Below are positions 13,028 to 24,548 of a stretch of DNA of 64,000 bases, piece after piece; within the stretch, counting starts at the first letter, position 1; each line of letters opens with the position of its first letter. Under the pieces are notes generated by a model. That model worked only from the letters and a program-made list of their open reading frames with translations. It was not told the DNA's origin and ran no database searches. The DNA lies in assembly GCA_964016885.1 (NCBI GenBank), contig OZ024743.1:372000001-372064000 (forward strand), in the 5' to 3' direction. Made by a program: the position numbers and the translations under genes. The stretch is from Eledone cirrhosa. Its lineage: Eukaryota.

Positions 13028-14393
13028 AGAGACATTAAAAACAATGTGGAAGCAGCAGAGAGGACATCAAGGTAGCTATAACTGAAGAGAAGTGACCAGT
13101 GGCATCAGTAGTATGTATGCCACTTAAGTGTCTGAAGTTTCAGCAACCTCAATGAAGATGAGGCTGTATGTTGTAAGACCTGAAACATCCACTGACTCCA
13201 GGATACAATACTGATGATCTATCCTATATATGTAGGAAGAAATTGAACTAGTTATCACTTCCCTTTTGAGCATATATATATAAAATTTATAACACGTTAG
13301 TCTATAACACTGCAACTTAACAAGATATATCCTACTTGGTTCATAAGTAGTGTCAGTTCTTACTCCTCACTTGACTATATGGGAAATTTAAGAGACATAT
13401 AACACTGTAACTTTACAATGATCTTCTATGCTACACTAATTGCAAATGCCAGTTCTTATTATATGGGAAATTTAGGAGGTATACAACACTGTATGTAATT
13501 TTGCAAGATCTTACTTCATATTTTGATATTATGTGCTACACTCACTGCTAGTGTTAGTTCTTGATTATCTTGATTATATGAGGATGCACCCTAATTTTAA
13601 CAACCAAATGTTTGAAAAAAAAAAAATAAACCACCCTTGGCCTCCAGGACGCATGGTAGATTTTTGAGACTTATTTTATGAAAAAAGTAGTGTCTTTGAT
13701 GCCGGGGAAATATGATATATAATACATTTTATGAGATGTATGCTTTATCTTAATTTTCTATGTTACACAGAGTGCTAGAGTTAGTTCTTCACTGTATCTC
13801 TGCCTGTCGTTTCTACCCACCATACCCCCTATTGTGCTTTATTAATCATTAAGGCTATCTCTGCTGTAGCATTTCCGTTGGTCTCTGTATTGTTTGACTT
13901 ATTTCTGGGAATAGAACTTTCATTATCTGTCTCACCACCTAATATAATTTTAAGTATCAATATAAATTATATAATTAGGAAACGTTTTTGTTGGAGACAA
14001 TGAGAAAAAACAATAAAAGAAAAAACAACTTTAAAATATAATAAACGATAACTATGGCCTTGAAGACATTATTTTCTTTTGAAAATTGTTTACAATTTGA
14101 ATATTAAAAACAAATAATTTTAACACTTTTGTTAGCACAATACCCATGACTTTCAAATAATTTTGAAAATAATCAAGAATTTGGAGTGAATTAGTAAAAC
14201 TACTAATTTTCTCATTTTTAAGCTGGTGTTTGGAACATAACAGAAGTTCTTACATAAAATTATGGTGGAAGGATTTTAGATAAATATAAACACTTTAAAA
14301 CAGTTTTGTAAACTAGAACCATGGGTAGTTTCAGGCATGTTGGTGTCAAAAAGATTAAAGAAAATAATTTGATGGTTTCTTTGAGACTAATAC

Positions 14394-14529
14394 CTTTGTG
14401 TTTAAAAGAAGTTCCTGTATCAAAAAAGCTCCCAAGAATCCAGTTGCTCCAGTGACAAAAATTCTTCCTTTGTGCCACCTATTGCCAACATGGAAAGATC
14501 TCCAGAATGCTCTCAGACTCATATCAACA
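14394..14529 (-). CDS. NRPS-like A-T-R enzyme, exon 7 (start of reductase domain, Rossmann motif)
   Basis: aacag|TGTTGAT...ACAAAG|gtatta; (N)VDMSLRAFWRSFHVGNRWHKGRIFVTGATGFLGAFLIQELLLNTK. Confidence 0.95.
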
Positions 14530-14899
14530 CTGTTATTATACAAGAAATGTAAAAATTGGATTAAATAAATAGCAAATATTTAACAGGAAACATTTGTTTG
14601 ATATCTGTTAACAGTTCTTTGATCTAGATTTTTTCTTCTTCATCAAAAGTACTTCTGTATGAAAAGTAAAGCATTTAAACCGGCCGTATCTGGCCAGAAT
14701 TCTTTCACCTCTTTCTGTTCAAACTGGCTGTAACTGGCCACTCATACTGATGTTAAGGTGATGTTCTAAAAATAAATAATATCAAAATTTCAAAGATTCA
14801 ATATTATGTGAGATAATTATGTGAAACAAAGCCTTCACCATGAAAATATAATAGTAAATATAGAGTAATGTAAATACTAAAGGGTTAAGAAGTGTGATA

Positions 14900-15545
14900 C
14901 CCAGAGCTTGTGCCTGGGTATTTTGCATCCTAGGCTAGCTCTACAATGTGTGCCCTAATATCCCAAATAAAATAATTTCACCTTATTGTTTGGTAACCTG
15001 ATGAACCTAGTTTTTGAAACGTCTTACTCAGATCACATCAGCAAAATTACTAAGCCTGCATTTTCCACTTTACAGTTCACACTCACCCATGCCAAATCAT
15101 CTAATAGGTAATAATTGTTTCTACTTTAGGCACAAGGCCAGCAATTACCCAGTGCATTACTGGTACTTTATTTCATCGACCCCGTAAGGATGAAAGGCAA
15201 AGTCAACCTCGGCGGGATTTGAACTCAGATCGTAAAGGGACGTAACTAATAGGTAATAATACCATACAACCATCTCCACTATTATGGATATCTCCACAAT
15301 GCTGTTAGATGACAAAGATGTTTAGCAATTATTTATTGGTCACAGGAAATTATTATACACTGAAATTTATTGGTCACAGGAAATTATTATACACTGAAAT
15401 TTATTGGTCACAGGAAATTATTATACACTGAATTTAATTATACAAATTTATATAAAACTGTAATCCTGTGAGGTTCTGTAATGCACCTCTCTGAGGTCTG
15501 TATCCTGCCTAGTTGGTCTCAATGGTAGCATCGCTCCTGGTGATA
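14900..15545. repeat. Unclassified dispersed repeat (related copy at ~51520-51965) containing a SINE and a 34-bp x3 tandem
   Basis: Shared blocks such as aaaattactaagcctgcatttt and cacactcacccatgccaaatcat; tandem atttattggtcacaggaaattattatacactgaa at 15331-15432. Confidence 0.7.
15112..15250 (-). mobile_element. tRNA-derived SINE fragment
   Basis: Minus strand has B-box gagttcaaatccc, then gccgaggttgactttgcctttcatcc...aaagtaccagt; same family at 38590, 61335, 62610 and 62810. Confidence 0.8.
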
Positions 15546-16544
15546 CGATGTGTAGATGTGAAATATGGCTGGTGAATGGGTTTAGAATAGGTATATTGTA
15601 TCCCTGCATGTCAGGTTGGTACCAGGAAGAGTAAAACATCACCTCAAAAAGGTCCTCATGATGAGTATAAAGTTTGTCATGGAGCTTTTAATGTTAATCC
15701 CTGTTATAACAACAAAATTGGCCTTAAATACTTGTTTGTTTTGATTGGTTTGATCAATGATGTAATTAGAAGTAGAGTAGACATTGTTGTCACAGGTATA
15801 ACTGAGTGGATAGGAAATTTCTTTGCAATCATGAAGTTCCAGGTTTGATTCCATCCCACTCCATGGCATCTTAGGCAAATATCTTTACCATTGCCTCATA
15901 CCAATCCAGGTCTTGTGAGTGAAATCACAAAGCCCATTGGATGGATTGTACCTGTAATTCAAAGCCTTGTCACATATTGTGTCACACTGATTTGACCTGA
16001 GAATTATGTTAAGGGTACACAGAATTACATTAGAAATTACATTAATGTATTATTACATTCAAGTTATCTGGGGGATAATCAACCAATTACACATTAATAT
16101 GCGCGCTGGACATTTAATTGATCAGACAACTGAATGTTCATCATTGAAACTGATGGATAATCTATCACCAGTGAAGATATAAATATAAAATAGCTTGACA
16201 AATTATAATTGCATTAACAACAATTCATCTCAGACATTGAAACATTTCAGAAACAATACTAGCTTTGATTCAGTAAAAAATATACTCAGTTCTTTTTTTA
16301 ATGGCATTATGGCTATGAAAGGAGTCAATCATCAGATCAGACTCCAAAGAGACAATGCTTCCAGTTGATATCTGCTGGTCTGAACTCCTGGCACAAGGAG
16401 AAATGTAAAGTATTTTGCTCAAGAACCCAATGTACTTTTTGAACCTATGACTTTATGACCACGAATCCAACACCTTAACCACTAGATCACATAATTAATC
16501 AAGAGAATTAAGTAATATAAAAACACATAATTTTGGATATTTAC

Positions 16545-16763
16545 TTCACAAAACCAGGATCATGCCGTTCCACTTCTGCATGTAGGTTAGGCTGGGTATA
16601 CATTTGTTGAACCCTTTCGATAGATGGACTTAGGTTGAGACAGCCCTCAATGAGTTGAGCTTGCTGTTTTACTGTTGGAAACAGAAACAAGTCTTTTACA
16701 GTGAGCTCTACTTTAAATTCCTCCTTCAAGTCATTAAGGAGTGTTGCTGCTAATAGGGAATGT
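16545..16763 (-). CDS. NRPS-like A-T-R enzyme, exon 6 (carrier domain Ser plus linker)
   Basis: ttgcag|ACATTCC...GTGAA|gtaaat; (G)HSLLAATLLNDLKEEFKVELTVKDLFLFPTVKQQAQLIE...HAEVERHDPGFV; completes FFDLGGHSL. Confidence 0.95.
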
Positions 16764-17236
16764 CTGCAACAAATAGAAATCATATATACAGAACATGGAG
16801 AATAGATATAAAATGATGTTGGTCATGATGATGAGAATGATGATATAATATTGTCAGGCTACAATTAGCAACTTATTGTTTCTATTGTAAGATTGTCAGA
16901 TGCATTTAAATAAAACTTATTTAAATGCAGTTGAAAGAGTTATCTGTGTTTATATCTACAAAACTGTTTGGTAATGCATAGAAAGGTCAAATATTCACAA
17001 CATGGTCTTTTTTTTTCATTTGTATCCACACTAATACAGTTACACACACACTTATATAGCCACACATACACTTATGTACATACTATATATATATATATAT
17101 ATATAACTATTAATTCGACAAATTTCAATTTGGTTATATAATGTTTGCAATAACAAAAAGACAAAGAAAGAGGGAAAAAAATTAAATAACGAAAGTAAGG
17201 AAAAGGTTTAGGGGAAGGGAGACAGGCAATGTTTAA

Positions 17237-18858
17237 ATAAATGCTTTCTTGAACATGTCTGGGCTTTTTCCTGTAGTGATAATACAGTTAAAAAGATGTT
17301 GAAGTGCTTTGATAATTGGTTCACCTCCAGCTTTGATGAATTCTGAGTATATGTTGTCCAGTCCAGGGCTTTTTCCTCGCTTCAAATCTTTGATAGCATG
17401 AGATATCTCGCTAGCTAAGATATATGGAATGGCATCTGATGTTGAATCATGAATGGTTGTTGGTTCTGAATTGCTGAAGTACAGTTCTTCATAGAATTTA
17501 GCCCAGCGTTCAAGGATATCATCTTTGGAAGTAAGGATCGTATCGTTTGAATCTTTAATGCCCCAGCTAAGATTTCTTGGTTTAGACTACAAAAAAGGTA
17601 GCAGACTTGATTGTGGGAACTTTTGTCCTAACAGCCTATTGAGTCACATTTACATGCTTTTCATGAGTATCATTGCAGCACGAGTGAAGTCAGACCTTTA
17701 TGCCTCATTTCCTGAAACACAAGCTGCATATCAACCTGGAAGAGATAGCATTGAGCAGATCCTAGCTATTGAACAAATCATTGAGAAATCAATTCAACGA
17801 CCCTGTGCACATCACCTTCATTGACTTCACAAAAGCTTTTGACAATGTGAAACTATCCAGCTTGTGGCAACTCTTGAACAAGACCTCAATTAACAAAACA
17901 TACATCAACCTACTGAAAGAAACTTACACCAACTCAACAGCATATATCAAAACAGACTTGGGAACTACATGCTGTATAGACTTTTCTACCAAACTGAAGA
18001 AGAATGCTCCTCTGGCTATCAAATAGGAGGTAAAATCCTCTCAAATCTTAGCTATGCAGATGATCTGCCATAATGAGTTACCCTAGAACTGATCTGCAAG
18101 ACTTTCTGAATGTACTGACCAAACATTCGCTGGAGGCTGGCTTACACATCAACATCTCCAAAACAAAGTGTATGACCACTGATAAAAACAATACCAATCT
18201 CCAACTCACAATCTCCAACCAGCAAATTGCTCAAGTTACGAAGTTAGTATATCTCGGTCACAAACTATCATCAAACAATAATGGAATGGTCGCTGCACAG
18301 TATTGTATCGCTCTAGGTTGGGCAGCTTTCAACAAGAACAAGGAAGTACTAACATCAAAAGAAGTTTCCTATCATTTGAAGGCTAAGATCTTCGATACTT
18401 ACATCCTACCAATTGTGTTATATGGTCTTGACTGTGTTAATTGGACTACAAGGTCACTTCAGAAGCGCTCTACATTCCAGAACCACATCATGAGACTTAT
18501 GACTGGTAAGCGGCTCAGCGACCATATCTGTATCAGTGAGCTGCTCCACATTACCAGACTTAGACCAATTACATCAATTGTCAAGTCAAGAGTACTCAAA
18601 CTATATGGCCATATCAAAAGATCAACTCGTGGTGTGAGTAGGTTATGCCTGAAAGGAAGGTTGGCTGGTTAGAGAAGCAGAGGCTGGCAGCCAAAAACAA
18701 TGCTTGATAATGTCAACCTATGGACTAGACATGATCTTTGCTCTTTGAATTCTGCTGTGGGTGACCAAACTTTGTGGAGAAAAATATCTCATGTTGATGC
18801 GCAGTCTGCAACTGGCGGAGTTTAGTGTCAAAGTAGTAGTAGTAGTAGTAGTAGTAGT
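17237..18858 (+). mobile_element. 5'-truncated RTE-like LINE with inverted 5' segment and (GTA)n tail
   Basis: Plus strand 17587-18670: YKKG..CGN, FIDFTKAFDNV, YADD, YLGH, VLYGLD; minus strand 17237-17580 encodes the upstream part (ERWAKFYEELY, KSPGLDNIYSE). Confidence 0.85.
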
Positions 18859-19082
18859 ATATATATATATTATTGAATAAAATGACAGGATGCCATCAAC
18901 AAGATTCAACATGAAAGATGGGTGAGTTGCATAAGATTGAGTGCTTTTCCGAATATTACATCATGGTTTATATGGAATGACCAGTTCTATCCAGTGGTGA
19001 ACCACCAAACTTAAATATATATATATCGTTAAACAATGATGATATATATATATATATAGTAAGCAGTAAATAAATATATATA

Positions 19083-22000
19083 TGTAGTAAGCAGTAAATT
19101 TCCCCTTGAATTCTTGGAAACTAACTGCTATTGTACTAACTGACCTTACCGAGAAACTGGCCAATTGCGAGCCAGTTTCTCGGTTTGCCCATGAAGCGTT
19201 GCGTAGACCAAAGTGCATCGTTAGGAACTCAAAGGCACAAAAGGGTGTAGTGATAGCTGTCTTCGGAATATCAGCTGGATTAAGTGGCATTTGATGATAC
19301 GCTCTGACTAAATCCAGTTTAGAAAAAACTGTGCATCCGTGCAAGGAAGAAGCGAAATCCTGAATCTGAGGAATTGGGTATCGGTCAGGCTCTATTATTG
19401 CATTTAACCGTCGAAAATCTCCTGTCGGGCGCCAGTCTCCCATACGTTTTGGAACCATGTGTAACGGTGAAGCCCAAGGACTGGTAAAAGGGCGAATTAT
19501 TCCCAATTACCACATGTGATTGAGCTCCGCTTTAGTTGCCTTTAACTTGTCTGGTAGAAGCCAACGAGGGCGAGAGAATACTGGAGCACCCTTGGTTTCG
19601 ATGAAGTACTTGGTTGAATGAACAGGAGTGCCCACTGTAAAGTTTAAATATGTTATTTCTAGGAAGGATTCCAAAATTGAATGGTACGGATTATCTGAAG
19701 CAGCAACAAAAAAGACTGGACTGACATGTGGTACAGTCGAAGCCTTACCAGGAATCGAAAGGTATGTGTTGGCGTCCAACAAACGATGTGTCCTCATGTC
19801 CATGAGGAGCTTGAAGTGATGCAAAAAATCTGCGCCGAGAATTGGAAACGGCACATCTGTTATAGTGAAGATCCACGTAAAATCTCTACATAAGTTCTAA
19901 TCCAATGCACGAGATATTTGTCCATATGTGGGAATAGCAGAATTATTGATGGCCTGCAGCGAAATCGATGAAAGTGCGGGTTTGTTTTTCAGAAGCTCAC
20001 ATGGTTGTCTGCAGTGAAGAGCGTTGCTGCCAAATTTGCTGTGGTAATAGCAATAATCAGTGGGATTTGGCGAATATGATATCCGGCAGCTCGGTGACTG
20101 CGAGGGATGGCGTCTACGTCGATGGGGCGATCTTGTTCGTTGGCGTTGTAGGAGTTGAACTGACTTTGTCAACTTCTGAATGGCTTTCCACATATCTGTC
20201 GAAGGGTGGCCTTCTTTGGAGGAGACTGAAGACACAGGTGGAAACGAAGATGTGGAAGTCTGTGCAGGAATGTTGCGGTGGCCTGTATAATCTAGTATTT
20301 TATCCGCCGATGCCGCGAGCTGTTCCACCATACTGCCTTCCATCATTGGCGCCAATATCTCTTGTACTGTCAGTGGCAATCACAACAGAAATAATTGTTT
20401 TAACATTTCGTTGTCTGCTGTGGCATTCTCTGCTAGCTCCTTCATCCGTTGTAAAAGCTGCGAAGGCAATCTGTCTCCTAGGTGTTCATTGTTAACCAGA
20501 ATGCTAAATCTCTTTTCCGCCGTCTGCGAATTTCTTCTTAGAATTTCAGGAGCCGGATCAGTAATCAAATCCTTGACCGTGTTAGTCAAGGAAGTCGGGA
20601 TCGCACTCAGCAATATGTGCAATTGTTTTGGGTCTACCAAATCATTGGCTGCGAAATGTGCTTCCATTTGCGCAAACCACACACGCACATCACCTGAAAA
20701 ATTAGGCAGGGAGTTGTCACTCATTGTTGAAAATTTTGTATGGAACCAAAAAGACGGAACTAAGTTGTAATCTGTGTAGCAAAATGTATATTACTTGCCG
20801 AATCTTGAAGTGGAAAAATTTGTATTTTTGTGCCAAATACAATATGTCTCCCGTTTTCGCGCACAATTTCAGTGTGCATGTGCAATGGAAGTAAGATGGC
20901 ACGAAAATTTCAATGTTGGACAAGAAGACAACGCCATGTTGGAATTAGAAGTTTCATTTTCGTCGAAAACAAATTTTTTCCAAGTATTAACCAATTTTGT
21001 GGAAAGCTTTCGTTTTCCTTTTAGTTAACAGAAAAAAATTGATAAAGGAATGTAGTTCACTGAAATATTGAATTGTTCGACTATAGATGATCATATCAGA
21101 GGAAACGAAATGGAAAAGGAAGAAAAAAAAGTAACATATATTTTTGCCAAAACGAATGTGTGTTAGTTCATCATTCCCAATGGTAGTTCTGTCAACTTCC
21201 CAATACTTCCTTGTGAAAAAAAAAAAAAAAAAAAAAAAATTTCTCTTTCCAGAAAGTCTATTAAATTTTTTTTTTTTTTTTTTTTTTTTTAAAAACTTTT
21301 GTTGTATGAGATGCGTTGTAATTGGATTACATGTTCGTATCACGTCTATTACATGTTCGTATCACGTGTATTGACCACTATAGAAAATGAATGGTTTGGT
21401 CATTTTACTATTTTATTTACTCCAATTTAGAAATAGTATCAGAAGGCGATAGGCTGCGTTAAATGTCAATTGGATTGGAACAACAAGATCTAGTCAAAGT
21501 ATTTTTGAACATAATATTTATTGTGTGAACGTATTCTCCAAGTGTGTTTGCGAAATCATCAGAGACCTGGATTTTGTATACTGCTATATAGATGACATAC
21601 TCGTTGCTAGCACATCTCCAGAGGAACATGCTAAACACCTTCGTTTACTATTCGAACGATTTAGGAAGTACCAAGTTCGCATTAACCCTGCGAAGTGTAT
21701 ATTTGGTACCTCTTCTCTAGTTTTTCTAGGTCACATCATTAGTCCTACAGGCATATCACCTTTAGCGGATAAAGTGAAAGCTCTTCAAGAATTACCTCCT
21801 CCTACATCATTATGTCAATTCTTAGGACTGCTAAATTATTATCAACGTTTCATCCCACATTGTGCTGAGTGCATAGCACCTCTTTCTGAACTTACGGAAT
21901 CGAAAAAAGAAAAACGAGTCTATTTCTTTAGACCCAGCTCAACTCGAAGCTTATTCCAGAGTGAAACAGGAATTAGCTGATGTCACTCTGCTTGCACATC

Positions 22001-24540
22001 CTGTGCCTGATGCTCAGTTTTCACTGGTCGTTGATACATCAGGCACAGCAGTAGGTGCAGTTTTACAACAGTATCACAATCAGAGTATGCAACCATTGGC
22101 ATATTTCTCAAGACAGCTTAAACCCGCTGAAACCCGATACAGTACTTTCGGCAGAGAACTGTTAGCGATGTACTTGGCAATCAAACACTTCCAGCATTCG
22201 TTGGAAGGACGCCAGTTTACGATTTTCACAGATCATCGCCCTTTGACATTTGCTCTCAAAGCGAAACCCGAGAGATACTTGCCACATGAAACTCGATATT
22301 TAGATTATCTATCACAATTCACTCGTGATATACGCCATATTTCTGAATCACAGAATTTAGCGGCAGATGCATTATCTCGTTTACCTATCAACTCACTATT
22401 GACAAAAACCGATATTGATCTACGTTTGCTCGCTGCTGACCAGCCTGCTTTGGACAATTTGGATTTAGCTGCAACCGAATTTGCGACGTGCAAATTCAAA
22501 CAATTACCTGTAAACAATTCTGACACAAGCATCCTGTGTGACATATCGACTGATTCACCTCGACCCTTCTTTCCGGAACTTCATCAGCGAACAGTTTTTG
22601 ACACGTTACACAACCTCTCACACCCTGGAATCCATTCATCAGTGAAACTCATTACGGCTAGATTCTTTTGGCCAAATATGAGATGAGATATCACTGCATT
22701 GTCTCGTTCCTGCATACCTTGCCAGAAGTCTAAGGTGCACAAACCCATTCTAGCACCTCTGGGCACATTCAATGCCCCAGATGCCCGCTTTGACCATATT
22801 CATATCAACCGACCTAGTTGGACTTTGGCCGGTCTGTCATAGATATACATACCTTCTTACGAGTATCAACCGTTTTACACGTTGGCCTGAAGCCATTCCT
22901 CTCGAAGAGATTTCAGCAGAATTGGTAGCACGAGCTCTGATGTCTGGCTGGATTTCGCGTTACGGTGTCCCTTCCACGATCACCACTGACCGTGGCAGAC
23001 AATTTGAATCACATCTCTTCCATGAACTTTCCAAAATTTTAGGGATACATCGTACACAAACTATTAGTTATCATCCGGTTTCAAATGGCATGATAGAACG
23101 CTTTCATCGCCAATTAAAAGCAGCATTGCGTGCTTATCCCGACCAGCAAAAATGGAGTGAATATCTAACAATTGTTCTTCTTGGCTGTCGCGCGGCGGTC
23201 AGGGAGGATCTTGGATATTCCCCAGCGGAATTGCTATACGGAACATCTTTATCCTTGCCGGGACAGATGTTAGTCCCAGTCGACGCATTGCGGGAAGATC
23301 CTACGTTATATATTAACCGATTGCGATCATATTTCAATGATCTTCCGCCTATGGGAACATGTCAACAGATGATTAAATCTTCGGTTCCTAAAGACATTGC
23401 TTCTTGGACTCACATTTTTCTACGTGAAGACTCAGTGAAAGGACCACTGGTACCACTCTATACAGGACGCTACTGAGTCTTGGCAAAAACGGACAAACTT
23501 TACCATAGATATTTGTGATAGGAATCACACAGTTTCAGTAGATAGGGTTAAACAGGCCTTTACAGATGCTCCAATACCTGAACCCTATACACCCCCCACA
23601 TACAATACATTGCATGTTGCACCATCACGAGCATACTCACCTACAATGTCACAAACACCTTCCCTACCTCCATCTACATATGTTACAACGACTCGTAGTG
23701 GTCATAGAGTGCACTGGCCTCAAAAACTGAGTAGAACAATTTATATATGAACTTTGATATTGTTCAAACTTTTGACTCTTCTGAAAATAATTACTTTTGC
23801 TTGTTTGATTATGTTACGTTTTATTTTGCTCTTTGGTAACCATGCATGCATTTTTCTCGGTATATCCGATTTTTTCTCTTGTTTCATGTCATTTTGCGAT
23901 GTTGCATATTTTATACAGCTCATATAATATGAGAAGAGTGGCAGCCGCCATATTCCTGGCTTGGCTTATATATTGATATCGATCTTCGATCTAAACGGAG
24001 GGTAATGTAGCAAGCAGTAAATTTCCCCTTGAATTCTTGGAAACTAACTGCTATTGTACTAACTGGCCTTACCGAGAAACTGGCCAATCGCGAGCCAGTT
24101 CAACATATCAGTCAATCACTAATGTATTACGTCATAACTCTTATCTCTAGAGTTCAACAGATAGTTCTCAAATGAGAACACGTTAAATTCTGTTGTCCTC
24201 ACCAATTCGACTTGGGTTCGACTATAATCCAACAAATGCCTATGTTAATCTTGGAACGGAAAATATGACATCTATAAACTCTCGACAACTTACCAAGGTA
24301 ATCTAGTATAATATGCATACACTTTGTAATCTTTGTCACACAAATATGTATTTCTTTGATGACATCTGCAAACACACTTGGAGAATACGTTCACACAATA
24401 AATATTATGTTCAAAAATACTTTGACTAGATCTTGTTGTTCCAATCCAATTGACATTAAGCGCAGCCTATCGCCTTCTGATACTATTTCTAAATTGAAGT
24501 AAATAAAATAGTAAAATGACCAAACCATTCATTTTCTATA
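19083..24540 (+). mobile_element. Ty3/Gypsy LTR retrotransposon, decayed, with an internal inversion of ~19185-21551
   Basis: gag (VRVWFAQMEA, YCYYHSKFG), protease (ILGADFL), RT (SPWASPL, YIDDILV), RNase H (YFSRQL, TDHRPL), integrase ([19 protein letters not shown]); LTR start at 19083 matches 24006. Confidence 0.93.
24006..24540 (+). repeat. 3' LTR of the Gypsy element
   Basis: Begins TG after a purine-rich tract (aaacggagggtaa); first ~95 bp match 19083-19177; last ~170 bp match the reverse complement of 21379-21551. Confidence 0.9.
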
Positions 24541-24548
24541 TATATATA

